A DNA stretch of 54,014 nucleotides, the filler included, from Sluysia triapertura (taxonomy: Eukaryota): assembly GCA_046118255.1 (NCBI GenBank). It is 4 parts of 4 records of this genome, joined end to end, with 100 filler letters (N's around TTAATTAATTAA, not from the genome) between each part and the next. Parts side by side here need not be neighbours in the genome. Positions count along the whole stretch, not along the records: positions 1 to 12,872 come from JBJNIA010076050.1; 3 more parts are not named here. One strand, given 5' to 3'. A program made the position numbers and the translations under genes. A model generated the notes under the pieces. That model was given only the letters and a program-made list of their open reading frames with translations, was not told where the DNA came from and made no database searches. Below are positions 1 to 11,842 of this stretch, in pieces; within the stretch, counting starts at the first letter, position 1; each line of letters starts with the position of its first letter.

Positions 1-325
1 ATTCTATTTAGATTAAATTTTATTTGAATTTTTAAATAATAATTTTTGGGAAACGCCCCTCGCAATTTTTTTATATAAATTTTAATACTGAATTTAAATA
101 AATTTAAATAAACTGCCCAATTTATTTTTAAAGAGTTTTGAAATAAATAATTGATTTTTCAGGTAAATAAAATATAGTTTTAGAGAGAACACTCTGCCCA
201 ATTTATTTTTAAGAGATTTTAGAGACAACATTTTGCCCAATTTATTTTTTAAGAATATTTTTGCTTAAGATTACCATTTTAAACTTTCTGATATACAATT
301 CTTTTTGCTTGTTGCGTCACCCCTG
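1..325 (-). mobile_element. hAT-like DNA transposon end with subterminal repeats (partial)
   Basis: 311-325 is the reverse complement of CAGGGGTGACGCAAC; a near-identical CAGGGGTGGCGCAAC lies at 20252-20266. Three copies of TGCCCAATTTATTTTT lie inside (about 114, 195, 234). CAGGGGT-type termini are typical of hAT elements. Confidence 0.5.
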
Positions 326-1223
326 GTTGTTTTGTTTTAATTGGATTGTAGTGTTCTTTAATTTTATCATAAACATTATTGTCATTTTTATCATTTTAGT
401 GATTGTCAGCATTTAATAACGATTTTCGTTAATAATAAATTGTGTTACGAATTTTTGTTTAATATTATATTATCGACTTAGTTTTGATTTTTATTGTCAA
501 GTACTTAAATTTTGGGAATAATAGTTAGCGATACCATAAGAGAACATTACTGAAAAAATATATTTGATAAATTGACTATTTAAATTATCGATATTCCTTT
601 AAGCTAACCAAGTCAATATTGAGTCGTAAAAGCCAGTAATTTTTAAAGACGCAACAGTGGAACAAACAGAAAATTTTTTGAAAATGAAACTCAAACCGCT
701 AAAATGAGAGAAACCATCATAAATACACATGTTCAGGACTTAGCCCAAATACGGTTTACAATATAGGAGTATTGGATTAATATAATAAAGCAATTATCTA
801 GGACCTTTTATATTACACACATCTCTTCTCATTAAAATTTAAAAAAGGCTTAGCATTACAACCGTGAGTTATTTTAAGTTGAGCAACGATGAATCACTTA
901 ATTATTTTAATGAATAATGTTTATAGATATAAATAAACAAAACTATGACACTTTCTTATCCAACAGAGTAGATAAACTTCATGAAGAAAGAAAAGTAATA
1001 TTATCAATTAAACCATACAAGCAAAATCATTCTGCCATTATTAGACAATGTAGTAATTCAAAATATTTTAGTGGGAAAATTTTAGAAAGAAGACACCAGA
1101 AATTAGGAGTCAAATACGCATCAATAAAGGTGTGTTCAGAATGGACTAAAAAAGTTGTGATCGCTTGACTATTTACCAAAAATAATAAAAATAAACATTT
1201 CTGTTTAATATATCGAATAGCGC

Positions 1224-1257
<34 letters not shown>

Positions 1258-2203
1258 TAAATAATAATAATAAATAATAATTAATAATGTAATAATAATA
1301 ATATATTATATTCAAATAATATTGAAAAATGTAAATCATTTTTATTTTTTATTTCTTCTAACTGGTATTTTCAACAAAGCCGTCACTTAATGGACGATTA
1401 AAAGAAGATTAACATATATACTGTAATTACAAAAAATTGAAATATGATCTGGAAATTTAATATTGTATTTTTGATTATAAGAATCTATTGAATATAATTG
1501 TGTGAATAATGAATATTCTTTTGTGATTAAGTTTTAAAATCATTTAATATTTAGAATTAATTAATGAATTTTCTCAACTGACTCTAGTAAATGTACAAAT
1601 TTTCAGTTTATCTATGCTGATATACTCATACCAGTAATCATACCACTCATATTGACTAAGGTTTTCAGTAATCTTTCTTTTATAGAGTATGATAGAGTAT
1701 AAAAGTAAGCATTTTACTGTTAATTAATGTTAACCGAGCATGTTAAGAGTATTTAGATTTCTTATAAACTAAATCTAAAGATAGGTCTTAGAAGTGTTGA
1801 ATGGATCATGCAATATCTACCACATAGTTTTAGTAAAATTTGGTCTAATAATATCGCCATATTTGTGAAACAAAGAAGCTATTTCGCCATTTGGTATACA
1901 GCAACACAATCGCACTGGTGCAAAATGATTATAGTGGTATTGGATTGCTCTTCGCCGGAAATTCTGTCAAATTTCAATTTTTTAAATCAAGAAGATTAAA
2001 TCATGTCCCGCGTCTACGATTAGAGGGAACGATTTTCAACAACACAATTAATTTTCAAGAAGAAATATTTATCCAGTTTTCATATTTGTTAATTAGTCGT
2101 AAGTTTAATTTACATAGGTTTTTAACTTTCTTAAGAGTGATAAATTACACTTAAAATATCCTTTTTCATTAATGCCAATCACAAAATCTATTTTAACATA
2201 TAG

Positions 2204-2220
2204 TTGGCCCTTAAGGTTAA
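2204..2220 (+). other. CTTAA-loop hairpin, degenerate copy (TTGGCC-CTTAA-GGTTAA)
   Basis: 6-bp stem with two G-T pairs and the same CTTAA loop and C-G closing pair as the four canonical copies; lies 50 nt after the + ORF ending at 2154. Confidence 0.4.
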
Positions 2221-3155
2221 TGATAAAATAAATTTTGTAGGGTAGAGTCTTCTGGGCTAGACCCTTACTATACTTCAATTTTTATTGTTATTATAATTTT
2301 ATCATTTTTGATATTTTATATTATTGATACTAATTTTGCTGTATTTTTGTATATTTGAATTAATTTTATCATAATTGAGTGTAATAAAAATATCGAGGCT
2401 TTAGTATTCTTTTTATTTGAATTAAATATATAATTAATCTATCTTTTTTAAGTGATTTAAAGTTAACTAGAATTTTAACCCAGAATATCTTAATTGCAAT
2501 ATAATTTTATTAAACTTAAAAACTTTTTCGGTCATCATATTTAGACTTAAAAATATAACAGACAACGCATTTCTACACTCTCATTATCCACGTAAAATTC
2601 TTGTAATAATTCAATTATCTTTTAAACTAACGTTGGTCTTAATTAGTTAATTAGTTTTTTAAGTTATTTGTTGTTAATTGACATAGACGACGATTTTTGC
2701 CCATTATTGTTAAGTTAAGGCGAAGCATCTTTTTGTACGATTAATTTTGACAATTGCTTTCACGTAATTTTTCACAGGTACGCCATTAGTAAGTCGTATA
2801 CTGTAAACGGACTCATAATAATTAGTTATTGTGCTATAGGTTAGGTTTTTAGGTTACGAAAACACCCAGCAACTCTGTTTCTAGCAAGGTCCTTTGGTAG
2901 ATAATTCGATTTAACGAATTACTTCTGCTTCTGTAACCTTAACACTAGGTATTTTTGATAAATTAATATAATCATTATCATCAAGATTCCACATACCGGC
3001 GATTGACACTTCAAAATCACAAAAACATTCACTTCAACATTTTTAAAAAATACTTATTTGCAATTTACGTTCTTACCTGTTTCTTTATATTTTTTGCTAA
3101 TTACACATGAAAATTGATATTATGTATATACTTTATATTCAAATATTTGAATTAA

Positions 3156-3362
3156 CCCCTTAATGCACAATTTTTTAAAAATAAACCGACCAAAAAAATC
3201 AATTTTTTATTTAAGAAAATACATCTTTGAATGTTTTCCTTGGTTTTTATTAACTTATTTTTAATGCCCGGATATATTCGAATCTGAACATTTTAGCGAC
3301 GGGTCTGCACATTTTGGCAGGTTTTGCACGCCCGTGTTAATACGTTTCTGTGCGTTAATGGG
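3156..3362. mobile_element. piggyBac-type MITE (207 bp)
   Basis: TTAA on both sides (3152-3155, 3363-3366); terminal inverted repeats CCCCTTAATGCACA / TGTGCGTTAATGGG match 12/14; CCC...GGG ends. Confidence 0.85.
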
Positions 3363-4625
3363 TTAAAATTAATCAGTTATTTACAAAAGAAATTAATTAA
3401 ACATGACAGTAATAAATAATTTAAGTGAGATAAATATAGAACGACAATATAAACAATAATATGCAAAGTGAAATAAATAAATAAATAGAATGCTTTAGGC
3501 ACTCAAAAGTAGTTGTAGAAGATTATGATAATATATAAACAAAGGTAGTATAACAAAACTTACGAAAGAACTCGAATAATTTTAAAATAAAATAAATTTG
3601 AAGATTCAATTAAAATGTTACAAAAGAATTATTAACTAAAACAGATATGTATGTACATGTATACATAATCGTCGATTAATAATTACTGTCATTAATTGTT
3701 TTAACACAATCAAAGTCTATTGCATATTATTCGGTCAAACTTGTTTACATCAATTTGTAAATTAATAATTCAAAAAATTCTAGGGGATAACATGATCATT
3801 TGTTATCTGATGTCGCTAAAAATAAAATCAGGAGAGAAGTTATTTAATAAGTTTTAATATCTGAATGAAAAATTATTTCTATTACAAAATGAGATCAAAA
3901 TTGATAAATACAAATTATAAATTAAAATTAATATATTTTTGGAAAGAATTATTTACAAATTATACAATATTGACAAAATGGACCATAACAATTTAAAATA
4001 TATTTTCACTACAATGATAATAGTAATAACAATGATCGTACTGAAGGTGCTATAGGTTATGGTATAGTATTTTAAAAAGTTTTCGTTACAGAAAGAACAT
4101 ATACTATAAAAACGTATCGAATTTTTTGCAGTTAGATAAAATATTTGAAAAGTGAGAAAGATGTTATGTTATAGTGGATGTTTAATATATTTTTATGTTT
4201 TTATGAGTAATGGTTTGGGCCGCCACAAATGATTCAAAAATTACCATACAAAATTTCATTTTTAATAGTTTTATGCCATATTTCACTCATATTTGTACTA
4301 AAATGAAGTTTTGAAATTCTTTATTTTTCTCATAAAAACCAGTAACCAATGGGTTGATTTTTATTACTAATTTCATAGTTTCCATAAATTTTATATTTAT
4401 GTTTTATTAATTTAATTTCTGAATTAATTTTTAATTTAATTTTTATTATTAATTTAATTTTAGTTCCAGACCTAACAGAGGATTGAATCTGTAAGTCCTT
4501 GTAAATCAACAACAAAACTCGAAGGAGTTTTTATTTTCATTTTTATCTAAGTACCCTAATAGGCGTTTGCATTAAAACTTGCTAATTCACTGTCGAGGGC
4601 ATTACATTGTTTAACCTTTTAAAAT

Positions 4626-5705
4626 TTAATTTATTTTATTTTTACTTGTTTTATCAATTACTCTTAATAAGAGAATCAATTCTAACTTAAAACAATTTGA
4701 ATTAAATTTATTTATATTTGCAAACAAGGGCTTAAGGCCCGTAACAATTAAAAAACAACAAATTATTAAATGATTTATTAACACGGCTGGACCTATCAAC
4801 ATTATAATATTTATAACATAGTGTGATAAATATAAGATATTTAACAAAAATAAAATAACCAGTGAACACGGAAAACACCAAAATATATGATCAGAAATAA
4901 AAGTTTTAGTCATTAAATAAAAAGTTAGCAGCACAGCAAAAATAACCACGTTTTCATCGTAATAAATTCCAGTTGTACTTCGACTTGGATAAACAAGAGC
5001 GACTGCTATGATAGAGACAGTAAAACAAACAGCATCATTATTCCACATTTCTTTAATTAATAAAATTGTTAACAAAACCGCAAAAGAACTAAAAATGGGT
5101 CTCATTAACATGAAGACTTCTCTGATATGAACTAATATTGATAACATGTCAAGAACGTAATGTACCAGTCCAGACGTTAACATTAATACAGGACAAATTG
5201 TCCCTCGTTCAATTCTTCTTAGCAGATACCAAACTTTATCATCGAACCAATTGATAAATTCATAAAAAGCTTCATGAACTAATTTAAGTGTTGAACGATA
5301 CTTGAAACATGGATCAGATTCATGAATAATATTTTCGTAAGGAATGACAGAAAACCATCTTGAATAAAAACTAATTGTACATGCTACTACCAAAATTAAA
5401 GTTGTAGATATACTATGACTGATATAACATTCAAATATTCCATGTGGTTTTGATATACAAACCATAATGAGTGAAATTAAAACGATCATTTCGGATACAT
5501 GGAGACTGTTTTTAACTCTTTTAACATTACTATAAATCAAATTTTCATTTACATGGTCGTATTTGAGTAAAAAATAATGGCAAGCATATTCGCTAATGGA
5601 TATTAAAGCTAATGCCGTAATGAAATAAGCTCTATTTGCTTTGTTAATTTCTTTAATTGTAGCATTTCTAGATATTTCCAATATTTCATAGTAATTCAAA
5701 CCCAT
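4626..5705 (-). CDS. Chimeric 359-aa ORF: DNAJB13 exon 1 + unknown membrane-protein segment + degenerate STT3 fragment + AT-rich tail containing the hairpin
   Basis: Uninterrupted frame. aa1-23 are a J-domain start, aa~97-284 are STT3-like, and GLKP is encoded by the hairpin at 4728-4740. Expression unknown. Confidence 0.6.
   Translation of the reverse strand: MGLNYYEILEISRNATIKEINKANRAYFITALALISISEYACHYFLLKYDHVNENLIYSNVKRVKNSLHVSEMIVLISLIMVCISKPHGIFECYISHSISTTLILVVACTISFYSRWFSVIPYENIIHESDPCFKYRSTLKLVHEAFYEFINWFDDKVWYLLRRIERGTICPVLMLTSGLVHYVLDMLSILVHIREVFMLMRPIFSSFAVLLTILLIKEMWNNDAVCFTVSIIAVALVYPSRSTTGIYYDENVVIFAVLLTFYLMTKTFISDHIFWCFPCSLVILFLLNILYLSHYVINIIMLIGPAVLINHLIICCFLIVTGLKPLFANINKFNSNCFKLELILLLRVIDKTSKNKIN
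4728..4740 (-). other. CTTAA-loop hairpin (GGGC-CTTAA-GCCC)
   Basis: Perfect 4-bp stem inside the 3' end of ORF 5705-4626, read as G-L-K-P. Confidence 0.75.
4854..5417 (-). pseudogene. STT3: Degenerate N-terminal fragment of oligosaccharyltransferase catalytic subunit STT3
   Basis: SRWFSVIPYENIIHESDPCFKYRST...FYEFINWFDDKVWY...HIREV...SRSTTGIYYDENVVIFA follows the STT3 pattern SRLF.VI.FESIIHEFDPWFNYR...NWFD.R.WYPLGR...SRSVAGSYDNE.IAI. The EFDPW and DNE motifs are altered, and the C-terminal WWDYG domain is absent. Confidence 0.9.
5638..5705 (-). pseudogene. DNAJB13: DNAJB13-like first coding exon (68 nt)
   Basis: MGLNYYEILEISRNATIKEINKA; homology stops after 68 coding nt (GC of Ala23), the position of intron 1 in human DNAJB13 (c.68). 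No GT follows. Confidence 0.8.
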
Positions 5706-5927
5706 ATTTAAATTTATTTTTAGTACTCAGTTAGTCAATAAATCATTATTTATTATTAAATTCATATATATTGCCATCAAATATTGTTTCACATAAATCA
5801 TAAACATAAATAAATACAAATCGCATAAATTGTGCTTTTATTTACATAAAATATGATTAAAATAATTTATGTTATCATAAAACGTGATTATTAAAATGAT
5901 TCAAGCTATAAAAATGATTTGAGTGTT

Positions 5928-6380
5928 TTATTTAATTACAAAATAAACTTCTTCTAATGTTAACATTAAATTTCTTTCTATAGGCGGATCTTGAATTTTT
6001 CGACCACGACCATATAAACCACCAAAATTGAAATGCAAATCTCCGTCAATGTGATCAAAGAATTCTTGGAAGGGATTATCAGAACTGTAAAATTCCATAA
6101 ATGTTCTTAAAGGATTTCCATGATAAGTATATCCATCAATCCATGCATTTTCACTAATTGCGTTTTTTGGTACTCCAGTTTCCAAGCCTTCTTCACCGAA
6201 TTGATCATAAATACCTCTTTTTCGTGCATCAGACAAAACATCGTAAGCTTCGGAAATCATTAAAAATTGATCTTGAGCACAATCTGAATATGGATTTCTT
6301 TCTGGATGATAGCGTAACGACAACTTTCGATATCGATGAACACAAATAGTGGGTGGTTCGGATAATTTATGATTCTCCAT
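5928..6380 (-). pseudogene. DNAJB13: Chimeric ORF: foreign 47-nt 5' segment (6380-6334) + DNAJB13-like exons 2-4 (6333-~5940), truncated
   Basis: YRKLSLRYHPERN...EAYDVLSDARKRGIYDQFGEEGLETGVP...GYTYHGNP...DNPF...QDPPIERNLMLTLEEVYF is DNAJB13-like (HPx variant of HPD, no G/F-zinc region). No AG acceptor precedes it, and the C-terminal half is missing. Confidence 0.85.
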
Positions 6381-6859
6381 ATTGATTAAATATGTTTTGT
6401 CGTAAAAAAAATAAAACAAACGGAGAGATAGATTGATAATAAGAATAAAAAGGAAATAATACTAATGATAACAATTATGTAGTTATTATGTTTATTAATA
6501 CGGAATTGTTGAAATTTATTATGACAATTATTATAAAAGTTATTATTTGGTATTTATTATACAACAATAATGATTATAATTTTTTTACACATGTTTTAAT
6601 ATGATATGAATCGTAATAATAATAGCGATAGCTGATGATAGTTAGATGTGATGGTCATGTTTATTTTTAAATGAGTTTAGTAGTTTGTTTAATAGTTTGT
6701 GTATATTTGGAGTGTTTTTATGCGATGAATTGTGATGAATTTTATGTGATGAATTCCCTACAATGACCAAGGAATCTATACTGAAAAATAAGATGGAAAA
6801 TTATTCTTATCGACAAAAAATTATGGTTACATGTTGCATGAGGTACTTTTATTAAATTG

Positions 6860-7352
6860 TTGAATAGTACATCTTACAAATGAAGTTGTTTTCGAAATTG
6901 TAAGTGAAACGGAATCGAACTACATATTTGGAATAGATTCTTTGACAAATTATAAATGGATCACATGTTTATAAAATAATACATATTTTGATGAAAATAC
7001 AAATGGTTTGGAAAATACTTTGTAAATGTTAAATAAAATTTTCTTCATCACTGAATATAAACCAATAATGTTGAATCAAAGAAAACAATCACTTCGCTAT
7101 GAATATCAAATAAGTAAACGATTCTTAAATTCCAACGCCAGACTGAAATCATTTATTTGTTATCCTCGAATCTTGATATCATCAAATTAAATGAAGTAGA
7201 TGATTTATAAACAAAATAAATTTAAAGGATTACTAATTGTAAACAATTACTAAATATCATTGTTTGCATTGCTGATATTCTTATTTAAGCTAAAATAAAT
7301 GTCGCAGAGGCTGACATTCGTAGGCCATGCCATATTCTCTGAAGGAATAAAA
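6860..7352 (+). mobile_element. Decayed Ty3/gypsy pol remnant
   Basis: VFEIVSETESNYIFGIDSLTNYKW (retropepsin ILG.D.L end), IVCIADILI (YIDDILI-like RT motif) and LTFVGHAIFSEGIK (RT FLGH motif), with stops and deletions. Confidence 0.55.
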
Positions 7353-8066
7353 ATAATGAATCAACAAAGAGTAGTAATATAAATTAAATTAATCCTACAA
7401 ATAAAAATTAACCATTGAATTGATAATTTCTCTACAACTAATTAATTTGTTCTATAAAACTTATTTCTTTTACAAAATAGATTATGTTAAAGTTATTTAA
7501 AATATTTAAAAAATACAATATTTTATCAATATTTAATATAATTTACAAATTGATACAAACTATTTAACTTTATTTACATTAATACAATATTGTACATTAA
7601 TACAATATTATAACTTTATTTACACTTTAAAAGGTTTAAGTTTTAAAGCTAACATTTTAGTAGTATGCGAGCTTGACATGTACGATTGTTGGTTTAATTA
7701 TGAAAAACGATGTCAAAATATAGAATTAATCGAACATCCCCTATACTGACAATGTTTATCATTAAAAGATAGTGCAAATCGTAATACATTAACTAAAGTT
7801 AATTATATATTGAATGATGCTACAGTTTATTTAATATAGATATTTATTTGATATAGATATTTTAAATTTTATGTAATTGAATTTGAAAAGAACCAATTTC
7901 AGTGAACCTGAAATCATAGAATGACAAATTAAAAATTATATATTAATCAATTATTACACGGTAATTTACTAAATAAAAATATCAAAAAATCCAAAATCAG
8001 AAAACGTCGAATAGAAATGATTTCAGTACATGGATAAAAGAATAATTTAATGCTTTTAGTTTTTCA

Positions 8067-9296
8067 TTGTGCGTCGTTGAAAATTTCTACAATGAAAATA
8101 CATCTAAATACAATGTCAATAATTTAAAGTTAGCTCTTAAATTTATAATTCTTGTCAGTTTTGCAGTATTATCGACAAATAGGAGATGTGTAGCAGACGA
8201 TAACTTTGATTTAACTGTAAGATTTATATTTCATTTTTCAATTATAGTTTCGTACCTTTACACTCCATTTACGAATGAAATAATCGAATATAGACATTTA
8301 GTAGGACTTCATCATGTTGTATTATTATCTATTTTATTATATGTTCTATCGAAAATGATTAATGTTTCAGTTTATGATTACAAATTTTTGCCATTATTTC
8401 AAGTAAACTTTGTTTTGTTTTGTATCAGAAGTCTTAGTTTCAATTTACTAATAAGTATTTTTCTCATATCATATGGATTCGTTTTATTCTCTGCACGTTT
8501 ATTATGGCTACAGACATATTTATCCGATAAACTACAAATAGAATATTATTGTTTTTGTAAATTGCAATTTATTGAAAACGATTGTTTTTATAGAAATCCA
8601 ATTTATCCAAATTATATTATATTTCAAAATCATTCTTCTAAAGATGATGATTCGATTAAAACATACGAAAATGTAGAATTTATTTTATCATTAAATTATA
8701 CAGATTTATTTCTCACTCGATCAATAACTATACGTGAGCGAACATTTTCTGGCAGCTATAATTGTGATACGCTTATTAATTATAATAAACATAAATTTTA
8801 CCACGGCAATTTTGGTGATGTTGATGTTATACATACAGATGTACATCGTGAATCGTATAGATTACGAAGAATTAATAGTGAGATAAAAACTGATAGTTTT
8901 TGTATGTCAAAAGAATCATTCTTAGCTCGCAATCATATGTTAAATTTGAAATGTTTAATAGGTGTTGAAAATCCATTATTCGAGAAAATAAATTCTAAAA
9001 GTATAGTTAATAAACATTTAATAACATTAATTATTAGCATTATTTATATTTTAACAATTTTTATGCTCAAAATAAAATTCAACCTTGTTTATTTGTTTAA
9101 TTTGTTGTTTACTAAAGGCCTTAAGCCTACTTTATTAATTGTTCACGAGTTCTATTTAAATTATTTTTCGTTAATTAGAATTTTTAACTTTTCTAATAAC
9201 AATTTTAAAACACAAAAACAAAGTTTAATATTTTTAATAATTGTTATAATTTTAAAAAGAAAAAGCTCTCTCAACATACACCTCTCACAATATTAA
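8067..9296 (+). CDS. 409-aa ORF of unknown, probably chimeric product (multi-TM N-part, possible decayed kinase N-lobe, tail with hairpin)
   Basis: Longest ORF in the window (TTG start in the track; first ATG is internal). HGNFGDV...RLRRI...E...H.LNL..LIG weakly resembles kinase subdomains I-IV. GLKP is encoded by the hairpin at 9116-9128. Confidence 0.45.
   Translation: MCVVENFYNENTSKYNVNNLKLALKFIILVSFAVLSTNRRCVADDNFDLTVRFIFHFSIIVSYLYTPFTNEIIEYRHLVGLHHVVLLSILLYVLSKMINVSVYDYKFLPLFQVNFVLFCIRSLSFNLLISIFLISYGFVLFSARLLWLQTYLSDKLQIEYYCFCKLQFIENDCFYRNPIYPNYIIFQNHSSKDDDSIKTYENVEFILSLNYTDLFLTRSITIRERTFSGSYNCDTLINYNKHKFYHGNFGDVDVIHTDVHRESYRLRRINSEIKTDSFCMSKESFLARNHMLNLKCLIGVENPLFEKINSKSIVNKHLITLIISIIYILTIFMLKIKFNLVYLFNLLFTKGLKPTLLIVHEFYLNYFSLIRIFNFSNNNFKTQKQSLIFLIIVIILKRKSSLNIHLSQY
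9116..9128 (+). other. CTTAA-loop hairpin (AGGC-CTTAA-GCCT)
   Basis: Perfect 4-bp stem inside the 3' end of ORF 8067-9296, read as G-L-K-P. Confidence 0.75.
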
Positions 9297-10188
9297 AAAG
9301 CAACATTCTTTGTAATTTCACAAATAATATAGATATTTCTAAAATAATTTGATAAAAAGTTTTTGCTCTTACAAAATTGTTCAATACAAAATGAACAATA
9401 CATTCATCATTTATATTAAAAATTGTTCCAACGATAACTTATATATACCAAAAATTAAAAATTATCAAATATTATTTAATAAAAATATATAAATTCAAAT
9501 TGTAAGAATACACACAAACAAATACGTAAACGACGCAAACAACAAATTTGTAAATGATTAAAATTATTATTAGAAAAATATATTTATTTAATTAAATCTT
9601 TTGTTACGACTTAAATCAATCATAACAATAATCCATTATTACTTTATTTAACTTAAATAAAATCTTAAATAATATCACAAGTTTTCTTATTTCGATAATG
9701 ATGTTGGGATTGCCCTACTGTGTATCAGAAAATGCCTGAGAAACATAATACTATAAAATGAAGAAAGAACTGATACAAGTGATAGATTGAGCTTTGTAGA
9801 CAACGTTGAAATGAGAGTCGTAAAAATTGAAGCATTTATGGTAATTTGAACAGCTAAAGAATACTTTGACATTACAAAGACATATATATATATAAGGTGT
9901 CGAAACATTGTGGAGGCTTGAAGAGGACTTGAAAAACCTTTGAAGGTGTTAATTTTCAGATCATCTAAGACTCAGTTAACCTTTAAGTATTCTGGGAACC
10001 TTGATAAGCATCAAAGATCTTCGAGTAAATATTATAAAGAGTATAAAATCTTCAAAATGTTTGAGAAATAAAATCTTTGTTCAAAATAATAAAGATAAGT
10101 TTAATGTGGTAATAATGAACGTGAAGAAGTAGAAAAAGGAATCAGAGAGGTGAGATGAAAACATCTAGAGCCTCCTGAATGACTGATA

Positions 10189-11350
10189 TGTAGTGGCAAA
10201 CACCCATAATTTAAAATTCACTAAGACATTACAACACTCAAATCACAATCACATTCAACATTACCAAATCACAACAACTAGTTCATAAAAAACATAACAT
10301 CTAAATCAATCACATTCTATACTATCGAATTATATTAACTGATTAATCATAAACAATATTCGACATTTATAAGACCTCAACAACATATACTTCTCAAACA
10401 ATTTGTTTTATAGTCTCAAATTTTCACCTCACACTATACTTTGTTAATTAATACCGAATGATCCATATCACTCACTCAATAATTATGCTCCCAAACCAAA
10501 TCACAACCACAACACATAATATTCAAGTCACAAATACATTAACACCATATAACAACATTAATAAACACATAAAACATAGAAAAATTCGAATCAATTATAC
10601 TAATTTAAAACCATTGCATCTGCACATAACCATTATCAACATTCTATAACAACATTATAAATATGCTAAGATTTGTTTGGTAATTGTCTTGTAAATTTAA
10701 TAAACCACAACCTTTTAACAAACTTCTTAAACCATTATATTCAGTGCATAAATTTTATTTTAAACCATAAACTCTAAATAAATCTCAAGAATTTATTCTA
10801 ACATTCTTTATTTCACTTACAACTTAAATCATTCCTTTTATCTTCAAAAATAAATTTAAAACAGCTTTAAAGAATTCATTTCTTTTGTGAAGGCAGCAAC
10901 GATAACTTAAGCACGATATACCACGTTACCGTTGTTCCTTTACAGTATACCAAATGTTTTATTTTTTCATTTTTATGTAAGAAATAAAGATAGCCTAAGA
11001 AAAGATCATGTAATTCAAGCAAGGTTTATGCGGTTTTTTAGTAATAATAATAACAACACTATTATTGTTGATATTGTTATTATTATTATTATCAAATTAT
11101 TAAATTATTAAAATATAAAATAAATGAAGTTCAACCTGGTTGTTACCATCACCAGTGTTGACACTAAATGTTACATTTTTCATTAACGTGCCAACACTGA
11201 TGATGGTCAATCATCAGTTGTATCGATCTTCATTTCACGTCAATAGTTTTTGTACACCATCCAAACAGAGTTCATACTATTAATTGTTATTGCTAAGACT
11301 CTGATTGGATGAGCTGAACAGTAGAATGGTTAAAACTAAAAATATCATTT
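10189..11350 (+). repeat. ~1.15-kb dispersed repeat, copy 1 (TGTAGTGG start, C/A-rich arm, (ATT)n tract, two stem-loops)
   Basis: Colinear similarity to 25018-26155 along its length (e.g. tatcgaa, taagattt, ttctaacattctt, gaattcatt, accagtgttgaca, ctgattgg). Confidence 0.8.
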
Positions 11351-11419
11351 TTATGATTAGCAGAAATTTGTATGCATCTTTTTTGAAATTTTAAATCTTA
11401 CTAAAGCGATCCGATTTTT

Positions 11420-11842
11420 ATGTATAACAAATCGTTGGCGAAAAAATTGATAAAGGTTTCAATGCTACCGAAATCCAATGAGTTTGATGAAATCCTTCTA
11501 TATCAAAAACAAAAAACCGAACAAGTTTCAAATGGTTACGCGATAATACCTTTTTGTAATCGCAAAAAAGATCAGATCAAAACACCTGTCGTTTATAATG
11601 TTCCCAATCATGATCCAAGTAATCTTAAGAGTATTTTACAGAGTCAACACATCTCAGGTGAAAACCATCTTTACGCCGAAACATTTTGGATAGACGATAA
11701 AGAAAAAGATGAAACTGAAAGTTGTAATAAGACACTAACTATAAGTTGCTGTAAAATTGATAAATCTCATAGACCAAGTCAAAAAGTTAATACTGATTCA
11801 ATTTCTAACCAGAATAGACTAAAATTTATAAAGAATAATTAA
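11420..11842 (+). CDS. 140-aa ORF, unidentified gene fragment immediately after repeat copy 1
   Basis: ATG-initiated frame with protein-like composition; no family recognised. Confidence 0.3.
   Translation: MYNKSLAKKLIKVSMLPKSNEFDEILLYQKQKTEQVSNGYAIIPFCNRKKDQIKTPVVYNVPNHDPSNLKSILQSQHISGENHLYAETFWIDDKEKDETESCNKTLTISCCKIDKSHRPSQKVNTDSISNQNRLKFIKNN

Noticed and set aside
112-256. CRISPR-like spaced repeats (TGCCCAATTTATTTTT x3)
   Set aside because: Irregular spacing, related spacers, eukaryotic context and no cas genes; better explained as transposon subterminal repeats.
4728-4740. CTTAA hairpin as a histone stem-loop, SECIS, Helitron 3' end or bacterial terminator
   Set aside because: Wrong sequence and size for histone and SECIS elements, no nearby CTRR terminus, no consistent U-tract, and it lies inside ORFs.
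5928-5939. Alternative genetic code or stop read-through explaining the interrupted ORFs
   Set aside because: PEPCK reads cleanly in the standard code and ends in TAA, and stops in the decayed elements are of all types and come with frameshifts.
5638-6333. A normal or trans-spliced functional DNAJB13 gene
   Set aside because: Exons are out of order, there is no donor after exon 1 or acceptor before exon 2, and the C-terminal half is absent.
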